The position numbers were made by a program, and so were the translations under genes. The notes under the pieces were generated by a model. It was not told the origin of the DNA, made no database searches, and saw only the letters and a list, made by a program, of their open reading frames with translations. Of a stretch of 51,559 nucleotides of DNA, positions 1-9,385 are shown one piece after another. Source of the DNA: Paludibacteraceae bacterium. GTDB lineage: Bacteria > Bacteroidota > Bacteroidia > Bacteroidales > Paludibacteraceae. The stretch is from NCBI GenBank assembly GCA_031555675.1, contig JAVBUB010000172.1, forward strand, positions 1 to 51,559, read 5' to 3'. Numbering within the stretch: the stretch's first letter is position 1; every line of letters begins with the position of its first letter.

Positions 1-656
1 GTTGTTTCAGGATTACCGAACATCACTCCGATTTTTTCACGCAACTGATTGATAAAGATACAAGAGGTATTTGTTTTATTGATATTGGCAGTTAATTTAC
101 TAAGAGCTTGTGACCTCAGACGTGCCTGAAGTCCCATTTTAGAATCACCCATGTCGCCTTCCAGTTCGGCTTTAGGGGTTAGTGCTGCTACGGAGTCGAT
201 AACTACAATATCTACCGCAGAGGAGCGAATAAGTTGGTCGGCAATTTCCAATGCCTGTTCTCCGCTGTCTGGTTGAGATATTAATAAGTTTTCGATATCA
301 ACGCCCAATTTTTCTGCGTAAAAACGGTCAAAAGCATGTTCCGCATCAATAATAGCAGCAATGCCACCAGCTTTTTGCGTTTCGGCAATAGCATGGATAG
401 CCAATGTTGTTTTACCGGAAGATTCGGGTCCGAAAATTTCAATCACACGTCCGCGGGGGTAACCTCCCACACCTAATGCCAGATTTAAACCAACAGAACC
501 AGTTGAGATAACAGAAATTTCTTCTATTTTGTTATCACCCATCTTCATGATGGTACCCTTTCCATGGTCTTTTTCTATCTTTTCCATTGCCAGCTGCAAT
601 GCTTTTAATTTTTCTAAGGAAGGTTTATTTGGTTGTATTTCTTCGTTTTTCGCCAT
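1..656 (-). CDS. recA: Recombinase RecA (N-terminal ~218 codons; gene runs off the 5' window edge)
   Basis: Hand translation of the reverse strand from the ATG at complement 656-654 gives [41 protein letters not shown]...[19 protein letters not shown] (Walker A)...[22 protein letters not shown]...[19 protein letters not shown]. It is not in the ORF track because it has no stop inside the window. Confidence 0.95.
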   Translation of the reverse strand, partial: MAKNEEIQPNKPSLEKLKALQLAMEKIEKDHGKGTIMKMGDNKIEEISVISTGSVGLNLALGVGGYPRGRVIEIFGPESSGKTTLAIHAIAETQKAGGIAAIIDAEHAFDRFYAEKLGVDIENLLISQPDSGEQALEIADQLIRSSAVDIVVIDSVAALTPKAELEGDMGDSKMGLQARLRSQALSKLTANINKTNTSCIFINQLREKIGVMFGNPET

Positions 657-1164
657 TTTAAGAGTAAGAATTTTAATTATAAATAAGTTTGATTTTGCTT
701 TACCAAAGATACGAATTTTATTTTTTATAAATACAAGGGAAATTCAGAATATAAAATCTAAGTTTTCAACAAATTCCTTAATTTTTAGGATTAAACAATA
801 ATGATAAATAAAGTTGTTTGCAAAAATAATATTTGAATTTTTATCTGCAAACAAAACGATTGTTTATTTTATTTAAAATTTGGACAGACTTTTAATTGTT
901 TTACAAACAATTATCTAATCATTTATTTGACAAACAACAACTTTTTTTTGTTTCTTTCTAAATTTATCACGGATTAAGATATTATAAAATTAACAGAAAT
1001 AGATTCTTTGGTCATTTATTCATTTGAAAGGATTCATTGTTTAGATCAGTTATTTGGTAAGAACATTGAAGAATTAAAGCATTTCAGAATAACTTCGAAT
1101 TATTCTCTGTCCTTTTTCTTTTTATCAAAAAATATAACGACATTTGCAGTCAAAATTTCAATAA

Positions 1165-2526
1165 ATGTCTGCCAAACCAGAAATAAATTCACTGGAAACC
1201 GAACCAATCCTTTCACTGCTTCTCCGGTATTCTATCCCTGCCATTATAGGAACAACTGCGGCTTCTTTATATAATATTATAGACCGTATTTTTATTGGTC
1301 AGGGCGTGGGGCATCTGGCCATTTCGGGGTTGGCTTTGACTTTTCCGCTCATGAATCTTGGGATAGCTTTTGGTACACTGGTTGGCGTAGGAGCGGCTTC
1401 TGTTACTTCCATTCGCCTGGGAGAAAAGAAAAGGGAAGAAGCCATTAATATATTAGGTAATGCGTTTATACTCAACATTATTATCGGTCTGCTATACGGA
1501 ATAACCGTACTTTGTTTTCTAGATAAAATTTTATTTGCTTTTGGGGCAAGCCGTGATACACTGCCATATGCCAAAGAGTTCATGCAGATATTGCTGATGG
1601 GAAATGTAATTAGCCATGTGTATTTTGGACTCAACAATATCATGAGATCATCTGGCTATCCTCAGAAATCTATGATAACGATGCTGATAACGGTTGCACT
1701 GAATTTAATATTGGCACCAATATTCATTTTCTGGTTTAAATGGGGAATAAAAGGTGCTGCTATAGCTACGGTTCTTGCGCAGTTTGCAGGAATGTTACAA
1801 GTTATTTGGCACTTTCTACAAAGAGGGAGCAGTGTTCATTTTACAAGAAAATGTTTCAAGTTACGGTTCAGTAATATTTCGGCTATATTCTCCATAGGGT
1901 TGTCACCCTTTATGATGCATATATGCGCGGCCATTGTTATTATGATTATGAACGGAAGTCTGGTACAATATGGCGGTGATATGGCCGTAGGCGCCTATGG
2001 TATTATTAATAGTGTGGTAGGTTTGTTTGCTATGATCATAGTAGGACTAAACCAAGGCATGCAACCCATTGTGGGATATAATTACGGAGCCGGAATTTAT
2101 ACAAGGGTATTGAAAACTTTCAAATATGCTGTTATTGTAGCCACTGCCATCACAACCACCGGGTTTCTGATAGGTATATTTTTTCCACACCTGATCGCGT
2201 TGTCTTTTACGAATCATGCTGGTTTGGTAAATTTGGCAACCAGAGGTTTAAGAATAACCGTTTTATTGTTGCCTATTGTAGGGTTTCAAATGGTTACTTC
2301 CAATTTCTTTCAGGCTATTGGCAAACCGAAGATATCAATATTTCTGACACTATCCAGACAGGTGTTGTTTTTGATTCCAGCCTTGTTTGTTTTGCCGCTC
2401 CTTTTTGGTTTGGATGGTGTTTGGATGGCCGCACCCGTTTCCGATTTTGTTGCGTCTTTAACAACATTATTGGTGTTACGTGTGCAACTCAAAAAACTAA
2501 AAACCTCATCATTTACTCAGAAATAA
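1165..2526 (+). CDS. MATE family efflux transporter
   Basis: 453-aa polytopic membrane ORF. The N-terminus ILSLLLRYSIPAIIGTTAASLYNIIDRIFIGQGVG is typical of MATE/NorM-like exporters, and about 12 hydrophobic segments are visible. Confidence 0.85.
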   Translation: MSAKPEINSLETEPILSLLLRYSIPAIIGTTAASLYNIIDRIFIGQGVGHLAISGLALTFPLMNLGIAFGTLVGVGAASVTSIRLGEKKREEAINILGNAFILNIIIGLLYGITVLCFLDKILFAFGASRDTLPYAKEFMQILLMGNVISHVYFGLNNIMRSSGYPQKSMITMLITVALNLILAPIFIFWFKWGIKGAAIATVLAQFAGMLQVIWHFLQRGSSVHFTRKCFKLRFSNISAIFSIGLSPFMMHICAAIVIMIMNGSLVQYGGDMAVGAYGIINSVVGLFAMIIVGLNQGMQPIVGYNYGAGIYTRVLKTFKYAVIVATAITTTGFLIGIFFPHLIALSFTNHAGLVNLATRGLRITVLLLPIVGFQMVTSNFFQAIGKPKISIFLTLSRQVLFLIPALFVLPLLFGLDGVWMAAPVSDFVASLTTLLVLRVQLKKLKTSSFTQK

Positions 2527-3750
2527 TTCAGGATTTTGTAAGTCTTTTTCCAGCCAGATCATGAAATACAGTACTGTTTTGTCATTTTCTTCCGGATCAG
2601 CATATATCTTTCCTATTTTTTGCTTGGCTGTAACTTTATCTCCTTCTTTCACGTAAATATCCGTTAAGTTAGAGTAAACAGTTCTGTAATTACCATGGCG
2701 TACAATAACCGCGTTGTTATTTCCTGGAATAGAGAACCGCTGACTTACAACACCTTCGAATACGCACCGTGCATCGGCTCCTTTTTGGGTCTGAATATAA
2801 ATTCCTTTATTATTTACGACCACAAGCGGCAATACAGCATGGGGTTGCTGGCCGAACTTTCCGGTAATAACTCCTCTTTCTACAGGCCAGGGCAATCTGC
2901 CTTTGTTCTTTTCAAAGTTTCCGGCAATAAGCTGTTCTTCTTTGGTCATCGGAATTTCGCCTTTGGCAGGAGGTGGTGTCCCTTTTTTCTTCGCTTCTGC
3001 TTCTGCCCTTTCTTTGGCTTTGCGTTCTTCTTCGGCAATCAATTTAGTAATCTTGTCATTTAGATCATCCATCTGTTTTTGCTGCGTTTTTAATTGTTTC
3101 AGCAGGTCTTTTTCCTGTTTTTTCAAATTGGTAATCAACGATTGCTGATTATTTTTTTCTTCTGTTAAACGCACATTTTCTATTTCTCTCTTTTTCAAAA
3201 CATCTTCCCGTTCGACCTTGCGTTTCTCCAACTCTCCCAGTTGTTGGTTTAAATTGATAGTCAATGCTTCTATCTCTTTTGCCTGTTCTTTCCGGTAGTT
3301 CGAAAATTCCTGCAAATAGCGAAGTCGGCGATAAGATTGACTGATGGTTTGTGCAGAAAGTATAAACATCAATTTGTCATGAGAGTTGCTTCTTAAGTAC
3401 GTGCGGTACATCAGTTGCGCGTACTCTTGTTTCAGCGACTCCAATTGTGTTTGTTGCTTTCCTATTTCGTCTCTTAAATCAAAAATATTAGCATCCAACA
3501 ATTTAATTTCTTCGTTAATCTGAGAAATCAGGGTTTGTCTTTCTGTTATCTGTTCTGTTAGTATGCTCAGTTTGTTGAGCGAAGAGCTGGTTGTCTGTTT
3601 ATTTTGCTCCAACAGCTTGCTGGTCATTTCCAATCTTTCCAGCGTTTTTTTCTGTTCCAATTTGAGATTGTTAATCGCCTTAGTTTGTGCATTAACAGTA
3701 ATTGCAGAAAAAAATAGAACAAATAATATGATTAAGATCCGCTTTGTCAT
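2509..3750 (-). CDS. EnvC-like murein hydrolase activator / peptidase M23 family protein with degenerate LytM domain
   Basis: Signal peptide, then a long Q/E/K-rich coiled coil, then a C-terminal LytM-like fold (GRLPWPVERGVITGKFG...VIVRHGNYRTVYSNL...GDKVTAKQKIG). The usual HxxxD and HxH metal ligands appear replaced (NKGIYIQ, VLYFMIW). Confidence 0.8.
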   Translation of the reverse strand: MTKRILIILFVLFFSAITVNAQTKAINNLKLEQKKTLERLEMTSKLLEQNKQTTSSSLNKLSILTEQITERQTLISQINEEIKLLDANIFDLRDEIGKQQTQLESLKQEYAQLMYRTYLRSNSHDKLMFILSAQTISQSYRRLRYLQEFSNYRKEQAKEIEALTINLNQQLGELEKRKVEREDVLKKREIENVRLTEEKNNQQSLITNLKKQEKDLLKQLKTQQKQMDDLNDKITKLIAEEERKAKERAEAEAKKKGTPPPAKGEIPMTKEEQLIAGNFEKNKGRLPWPVERGVITGKFGQQPHAVLPLVVVNNKGIYIQTQKGADARCVFEGVVSQRFSIPGNNNAVIVRHGNYRTVYSNLTDIYVKEGDKVTAKQKIGKIYADPEENDKTVLYFMIWLEKDLQNPELFLSK

Positions 3751-3755
3751 GAAGC

Positions 3756-4598
3756 TTAAAATTTAAAATTTTCAATATTACCTTTGCTGTATTTGACCGG
3801 AATAGAAAAACTCATGTTCATCGGTGAATCAAATTCAACTTTAGAAATATTGAATTCTATCCGCTGTTGCTGCCTCCCATTTATGGTTGTTATTGCTATT
3901 TTATGAGGAAAATTAATACGGCCCTCCTTTGCAAAGTTTTCATATTCGCATATCAGGGAATAGGGGTTTATTTTGTCTGTTAATATTGTTTTTTCGAGTT
4001 CCTGAAATTTATTTATGATAAATATATGATCAAAAGACAAGGAGTTTTCATTTGTTTTTATTTCATAACTTTCGGGTGGAAATACGGCTGCATTGAACAT
4101 CTCTTTGGATAGTTCCGGCTTCTGCGTTCCGGCTAAGAACAGTTGGTTGCTCAGCAACCCCTGTATAATGTTGAAGTCAAATTCAATCCCCGTAATTTTT
4201 TTGAATTCTTTTGCGTTTGTAATGTAATATTGGGAATTAATCCGATCTAATACTACAATGCTATCAGGAGTAATTTGCATCCTTGCCATTTCCAATCCGG
4301 GGAATAGTTGGATTGACATCAGCATTGTACTATCCTTTATAAGTTTGATAAATCCTTTAGCGCTTACCGGCTGGTTATTTATATTAATACTGATGGTAAC
4401 GTTGTTGATATTTAATGATTTGAAATCAGCTTGTTTGGTTATAAGGTAATCAAAAATATTAGAAATATCTGTTGTACTAATTACTGCTGTTTTTTTCGTG
4501 CTATGGCAACCGGAAAAAAAGCAAGCACTGCTTAAGACCAAAAGCAACAGGCTACTGGTTTTAAGCTTGTGATAGAAAAATAAAAATTTCATTTTCAT
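3756..4598 (-). CDS. DUF4292-like outer-membrane lipoprotein (LolB-like fold family)
   Basis: Lipoprotein signal with lipobox (LSSACFFSGC). About 280 aa, and sits between a TPR protein and an M23 protein downstream of dut, where DUF4292 genes are found in Bacteroidota. The family call rests on context and recollection, not on a search. Confidence 0.6.
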   Translation of the reverse strand: MKMKFLFFYHKLKTSSLLLLVLSSACFFSGCHSTKKTAVISTTDISNIFDYLITKQADFKSLNINNVTISININNQPVSAKGFIKLIKDSTMLMSIQLFPGLEMARMQITPDSIVVLDRINSQYYITNAKEFKKITGIEFDFNIIQGLLSNQLFLAGTQKPELSKEMFNAAVFPPESYEIKTNENSLSFDHIFIINKFQELEKTILTDKINPYSLICEYENFAKEGRINFPHKIAITTINGRQQQRIEFNISKVEFDSPMNMSFSIPVKYSKGNIENFKF

Positions 4599-4616
4599 TT
4601 GAAATCTGTAAAGATA

Positions 4617-6383
4617 TTATTCGATATATTCCTGTTTCTCAATTTTAAGAGGCAATGTAGTTGATTTATTTCCCATTTCGAGAGATTTTTTCCACATTTC
4701 TACGGCTTTTTCTATATCGCCTGTCTTATAAAGCACATCTCCGTAATGTTCTATGATAACATCACTACTATCGCCTCCGTATTTAATGGCTTCCTCGATA
4801 TAGCGTTTGGCCAGGTTAAAATATCCTTGTCGAAAAAGTACCCAGGCATAAGTATCCAAAGTAGTACTATTACTTGGATCGTATTTTATACATTCTTTGA
4901 TCATTATTTCTGCTTTTTGCAGGTCTTTTTTCTCTTCGGCCAGATAGTAACTATAATTGTTAAGCACATGCCTGTTCATGGGATTATTCTGCAAGGCCTT
5001 TTCATAGTTGTCAAAGGCGGCATCTTTATCTTGTTTTTCAAAATAACTATCTCCTAGTTGTCCGTAGAATTCCGATTTAGAAGATTCTTTTCCTTCCGGA
5101 ACGAGTGCAAGGCCTTTTTGATAAGCAACTATGGCTTTATCGAGTTGTTTAAGTTGAAAATAAGCTATTCCCTGATACAAGTACCATTCTGGAACTTCCG
5201 GAAAAGCAGCTATGGCTTTATTGGCTATATCAATGACATCTTCCATTTTATCTTGTCGGATTTTGATGTCTATAATGCTTCCAAAGGCTTGTTTGCTCTT
5301 CGGGTCAATGTCTAATACGGTTTCAAGTTCTTTCAATGCGTCGTCATCGCGTTCCATCGCCATTAAATAAGCAGCGTAATAAAAATGTATTTCAATTACA
5401 TTCGGATGAATTTCCAATAATGTTTCAAATAATCCGGGAGTTCTCTTTTCCCATTTATCCAAACCATCCAAAAGGTTTAAATACCGGTCTAAAATACCTA
5501 TTTTTGTTTCAATGTCTATGTTCTTACTCCGGAGCACGTAATCCATTTCAGCAATCGCTTTATCTTGCTCTTCTGTTTTTTCATAATATTCGGCCATTGA
5601 TAAACGGCCTAATCCATTGTCCGGATCTTGTGATAACGCATAGGTGTAAAACTCATAAGCACGTGGCAAATCATTATTTTCGAAATAGAGATTTCCTCTT
5701 AGAATACGGTATTTCATATCTCTGGGAAATTTATTCATCAGGACATCTATTTCTTTTATTGCTTTCTTGTCTTCTTTTAGATTTGAATATATGCGGTATT
5801 TTTCGAATGATATTTCTTCGCTGATCCCTTGTTTTTTTTCTATTTTGTTCAGAATTGCAATAGCATTGTCATATCTCTGTTGTTTCATATATAGCTCAAT
5901 CAGATTATAACTTAGATCTTCTTTTTCGGGATGCTTTTTTAAAGCATATTCATAAACAGATGTAGCTGTTTTGATATCTCCGATAGCTAGATATAAATTG
6001 GCCAGATTAACCTGATACCAAATATTTTCATTGTCTAGTTTAACGGCACTTGTCAGATAGAAAATAGCATAATCTACATTACCTATACTCATATAGATAT
6101 TGGCAAATTCATACATTAAAGCAGGTTCCGTATTGTTGATATGATAGCACTTGGTAAGTAATTCAATAGCAATATCATAATTTTCTATTTCCCTTTGACG
6201 AACAGCCTCATGGTAATAATAAGAAAATTTCCGCTCGTTAGTTTCAGAGATTTCTTCAGAAGCTATTTTTTTCTCAGTTTTTTTTTTACTGGCGTAAGAT
6301 ATGGCAGGTATTGCTACCAACAGCAGTAAAAGAAATAAGATTCTGCTTTTTATATATCTCATATTGGACGTTGTATAAAACAT
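4617..6383 (-). CDS. Tetratricopeptide-repeat protein (secreted/periplasmic)
   Basis: 588-aa ORF with a signal peptide (MRYIKSRILFLLLLLVAIPAISYA; the true start may be the ATG at 6362). Many 34-aa TPR-like units with repeated A..Y..AL...P patterns. Confidence 0.8.
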   Translation of the reverse strand: MFYTTSNMRYIKSRILFLLLLLVAIPAISYASKKKTEKKIASEEISETNERKFSYYYHEAVRQREIENYDIAIELLTKCYHINNTEPALMYEFANIYMSIGNVDYAIFYLTSAVKLDNENIWYQVNLANLYLAIGDIKTATSVYEYALKKHPEKEDLSYNLIELYMKQQRYDNAIAILNKIEKKQGISEEISFEKYRIYSNLKEDKKAIKEIDVLMNKFPRDMKYRILRGNLYFENNDLPRAYEFYTYALSQDPDNGLGRLSMAEYYEKTEEQDKAIAEMDYVLRSKNIDIETKIGILDRYLNLLDGLDKWEKRTPGLFETLLEIHPNVIEIHFYYAAYLMAMERDDDALKELETVLDIDPKSKQAFGSIIDIKIRQDKMEDVIDIANKAIAAFPEVPEWYLYQGIAYFQLKQLDKAIVAYQKGLALVPEGKESSKSEFYGQLGDSYFEKQDKDAAFDNYEKALQNNPMNRHVLNNYSYYLAEEKKDLQKAEIMIKECIKYDPSNSTTLDTYAWVLFRQGYFNLAKRYIEEAIKYGGDSSDVIIEHYGDVLYKTGDIEKAVEMWKKSLEMGNKSTTLPLKIEKQEYIE

Positions 6384-6481
6384 TTAGATATCTATTGGGC
6401 TGTAAATTAAAACTTAATGACTAAGGTTGTCCGAGAAATTACTTGATCATTAAACCAAATTTGAGAATGAATGTTCCGGCT

Positions 6482-6916
6482 TTAGTTCTTTCCGGTATGC
6501 CCGAAGCCACCAGCGCCTCTTTCTGTTTCGTTTAATACTTTTACTTCAACCCATTCTACCTGCGAGTGTGCGGAAATAACCATCTGGCAGATTCTTTCTC
6601 CATTCTCAATGATAAAATCTTCATTGGAAAGATTTATAAGTATAACGCAAATTTCTCCTCTATAGTCTGCGTCAATTGTTCCCGGAGAATTTAAAACCGT
6701 AATTCCTTTTTTGATAGCCAAGCCGCTTCTTGGCCTGATTTGGGCTTCATACCCTTGGGGTAGTTCAATAAAAAGACCAGTTGGAACTAATTTTCTTTCT
6801 AATGGTTTTAGCGTAATGTTTTCTTGAATATTGGCTCTTAAATCCATTCCGGCAGATAGACTTGTGGCATACTCGGGTAAACTATGAGCCGATTGGTTAA
6901 CTATTTTTATTTTCAT
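6482..6916 (-). CDS. dut: dUTP diphosphatase
   Basis: 144 aa with dUTPase motifs [22 protein letters not shown] and a C-terminal [11 protein letters not shown]. Confidence 0.95.
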   Translation of the reverse strand: MKIKIVNQSAHSLPEYATSLSAGMDLRANIQENITLKPLERKLVPTGLFIELPQGYEAQIRPRSGLAIKKGITVLNSPGTIDADYRGEICVILINLSNEDFIIENGERICQMVISAHSQVEWVEVKVLNETERGAGGFGHTGKN

Positions 6917-7013
6917 TATTTTAGATTTTAATTGAGAATTCGATTGTGAATCGACTGTTATGACTTGCGAAGTTAGCTATTTTCTTTTAAAGTTTAATCT
7001 CGCAATAGTCGAA

Positions 7014-7045
7014 AAATGAAAAAGCTACTTAAAAAATTAGTAGCT
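7014..7045 (-). terminator. Rho-independent terminator downstream of the OmpA-like lipoprotein gene
   Basis: AGCTACT (7023-7029) pairs with AGTAGCT (7039-7045). On the minus strand the hairpin is followed by a T-rich run (the A-run on the plus strand at about 7012-7022). Confidence 0.55.
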
Positions 7046-7109
7046 AAGTATATGGTAATATTGAGTCAACGGATTAACTGCCTATTACGTATTTTGTAAG
7101 TTTTGAGAA

Positions 7110-7670
7110 TTATTTGACTTCTTGATCGAAAAAAAAGTCACAACGTCGGTTTAGCGGATAACTACTTGCCGGTTGAGGTATTTTTCCCATACCATTGGCA
7201 ATAATTCTAGCAGAGCCTATGTCGTAGGTTTCAACAAGTTCTTTTTTAGTTTCCAAAGCGCGTAATCCACTTAGCTTTATGTTATATTGCTGTGATCCTA
7301 CATTGTCGGCATATCCTCTGATTTCCAACTTTAACTTGCGGTTTTTAGCCATTTTGGCAGCAATTCCTTTTATTATATCCTTAGATTTATCATCTAGCTC
7401 ATATTTGTTGAACTCGAAAAAAACAGAAGGTATTTTTCCGATCATGTCCAATGGAATAGGTTCTCCCCAATAATTAACGTAGGAACCAAGGAGTGTGTTG
7501 GGCGATTTATCCCTGTAGTCAGGTACACCATCATTATCTGAGTCTATCCCGGACTCAAGTTCATAATTAACATTTGTATGTGTTGGCTGAGAGCTACTTT
7601 TACAAGAAAATATAGTTATTCCCATCAAAAATACAATGAAAAGAGATAGTATATTTTTTGTATCATTCAT
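7110..7670 (-). CDS. OmpA-family lipoprotein (TSP3-type Ca-binding repeat + OmpA_C peptidoglycan-binding domain, no beta-barrel)
   Basis: Lipobox LMGITIFSC, the motif DSDNDGVPDYRDKSPNT, then an OmpA_C-like domain (LEIRGYADNVGSQQYNIKLSGLRA...NRRCDF). Its C-terminal ~130 aa are closely similar to the next gene. Confidence 0.8.
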   Translation of the reverse strand: MNDTKNILSLFIVFLMGITIFSCKSSSQPTHTNVNYELESGIDSDNDGVPDYRDKSPNTLLGSYVNYWGEPIPLDMIGKIPSVFFEFNKYELDDKSKDIIKGIAAKMAKNRKLKLEIRGYADNVGSQQYNIKLSGLRALETKKELVETYDIGSARIIANGMGKIPQPASSYPLNRRCDFFFDQEVK

Positions 7671-7789
7671 AATGCAATGTTTTAGCAGTACAAGACAAGC
7701 TAATACTATTTTTCGTTTTTTGTTAAAAAGTATATATAAGTGGCAATACGAAAATAAATATTTTTTTTAAGAATTCAAATAATTTTAAT

Positions 7790-7826
7790 AAAAAAAGCAA
7801 TGTGAAATTTTCACATTGCTTTTTTG
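7790..7826 (-). terminator. Bidirectional rho-independent terminator
   Basis: Perfect palindrome GCAATGTGAAA-T-TTTCACATTGC (7797-7819), flanked by A7 upstream and T6 downstream. It lies just past the stop of the 7845-9194 gene. Confidence 0.8.
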
Positions 7827-7844
7827 TCTGTTTGAGATTTAATT

Positions 7845-9194
7845 TTACTTATCGAAAAGGAAATCGCAACGACGATTCAGAGGATATCTGCTAGCTGGTT
7901 GAAGAATTTTACCTAAACCATTAGCGATAATTCTTGATTCTTCAATTTTATATACTTCAACAAGTTCTTGCTTAGTAATTAAAGCGCGTTTTGTACTTAA
8001 CTTGATGTTGTAGTCAACAGTTCCTTCATTATCTGCGTAGCCTCTGATTTCAACCTTCAGATTTGGATTTTGTGACATCTTCAAAGCTACTTCCTGAATA
8101 ATACTTTTAGATTTCTGGTCTAGATTAGATCTGTCGAAATCAAAGAATATAGATGGAATATTAGTTGTCATGTCGAATGGAAGAGCTTCTCCCCAATAGT
8201 TTACGTATGATCCCGGAGGTGTATTCGGTTCTCTATCTCTGACATCTGGAACACCATCGCCATCGGAATCCGGACCTTCAAACTGTTGTTTAATATAGTC
8301 GTCCAAATTATCCAATTTGTTTTTCAAATTATCAACATCGCCTTTGGTTGGAGTTGTTTGTTCAAGAGTATTGACTTTTTTATCCAATTCTTTTACACGA
8401 GTCATGATGCTATCCATTTTTTCAGCATAATCACCGTTGTATGTATCGTAATCAATATTTCTGATATGCTCATGTTTAGAGGTGCCAAATTTATATCTAA
8501 GACCTAACATAGAGCTGAAAATAGCATCATTTGTATTTCCTTTGATGTGATTAGCAGCTTCAAGGTTATCTTTGTTAAACATGCGGTATTGATTAGACCA
8601 GCTTAACGCAAGATATTTAGTGAAATTGTATTCCAAATTAATTCCTGCAACAAAAGCTGCTGCTTGTCCATTGTCTATTTTATGAGGAGTAGCGGAAGCA
8701 GGGGTCTTGGTTGATTCTGATTTATAAAACCCAATCCCTAGACCTAAATCGGCATATATGCTCCATTTAACATGGTCGCGGTGGTTATAAAATAAGTTAG
8801 ATAGGTTAAATGATAAATACACAGAAGGAAAGTGCATGGTTCCTGTGAATTCAGTATTGTCTGTGTCTGCACCCATTTGCAGGTAATTATATTCAATACC
8901 GATTCCCCAACGAGGAGTAAATGATCCTTCTACACTGGCTCCTAAACCAAGTTTAGTAGCGCCTTGCGGAATAAATTGGTTATATTCTTGTAAAACGTCT
9001 CCATCAAATAAAGATATGCCACCTTTGCCCATTACAGACCAGTTGCTGAATATCTTTTTCTCGGCTCTTTCTCTCTTTACTTCCTTGGAGATCGTTACGG
9101 TTTCAGTTTCAGTTTCACTTGTTGTTTCTTGCGCAAATAAAGGAGAAACAACGATAAACAAACTAAGAAATAATGAAGTTAAACTTTTTTTCAT
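7845..9194 (-). CDS. OmpA-family outer membrane protein (N-terminal beta-barrel + coiled linker + TSP3 repeat + OmpA_C)
   Basis: The likely start is the ATG at 9194 (MKKSLTSLFLSLFIVVSPLFAQE signal peptide); the ORF-track start at 9290 adds a non-signal extension. Barrel-like alternating strands end in LRYKF, followed by DSDGDGVPDVRDREPNT and VEIRGYADNEGTVDYNIKLSTKRA...NRRCDF. Confidence 0.8.
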   Translation of the reverse strand: MKKSLTSLFLSLFIVVSPLFAQETTSETETETVTISKEVKRERAEKKIFSNWSVMGKGGISLFDGDVLQEYNQFIPQGATKLGLGASVEGSFTPRWGIGIEYNYLQMGADTDNTEFTGTMHFPSVYLSFNLSNLFYNHRDHVKWSIYADLGLGIGFYKSESTKTPASATPHKIDNGQAAAFVAGINLEYNFTKYLALSWSNQYRMFNKDNLEAANHIKGNTNDAIFSSMLGLRYKFGTSKHEHIRNIDYDTYNGDYAEKMDSIMTRVKELDKKVNTLEQTTPTKGDVDNLKNKLDNLDDYIKQQFEGPDSDGDGVPDVRDREPNTPPGSYVNYWGEALPFDMTTNIPSIFFDFDRSNLDQKSKSIIQEVALKMSQNPNLKVEIRGYADNEGTVDYNIKLSTKRALITKQELVEVYKIEESRIIANGLGKILQPASRYPLNRRCDFLFDK

Positions 9195-9259
9195 GTCTTT
9201 TTTAATTATATGACAAATAAATTTTTTAGATATATTATGTATCAACTTTTTATAGAGTG

Positions 9260-9267
9260 CAAATTTA
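9260..9267 (-). promoter_or_regulatory. Candidate Bacteroidota -7 promoter box (TAnnTTTG) for the 7845-9194 gene
   Basis: The plus strand reads CAAATTTA, which is TAAATTTG on the minus strand. It sits 66 nt upstream of the ATG at 9194. Confidence 0.4.
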
Positions 9268-9361
9268 CATATAATTTTCATATTAAACATTTTTTTTTGT
9301 AAAATGTTTAATCAATAGCAAAATATTATTACTTAAAATGGAAAGAATGGCATAAATTGAA

Positions 9362-9369
9362 TATTTTTG
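9362..9369 (+). promoter_or_regulatory. Candidate -7 promoter box for the MBL-fold gene
   Basis: TATTTTTG, 17 nt upstream of the start at 9386. Confidence 0.4.
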
Positions 9370-9385
9370 TAACAAAATACATCAT

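Noticed and set aside
2509-2526. 18-nt overlap of the convergent MATE and M23 gene ends.
   Set aside because: Short convergent 3' overlaps are common and need no special explanation. No hairpin was seen there.
9195-9290. N-terminal 32-aa extension of the OmpA-family ORF (track start at 9290). Similar extensions occur at 12822-12851, 17081-17107, 28387-28413, 46008-46061 and 48418-48438.
   Set aside because: The extensions precede canonical signal peptides or family-typical N-termini. In several cases they overlap the predicted -7 promoter box. The internal ATGs are preferred.
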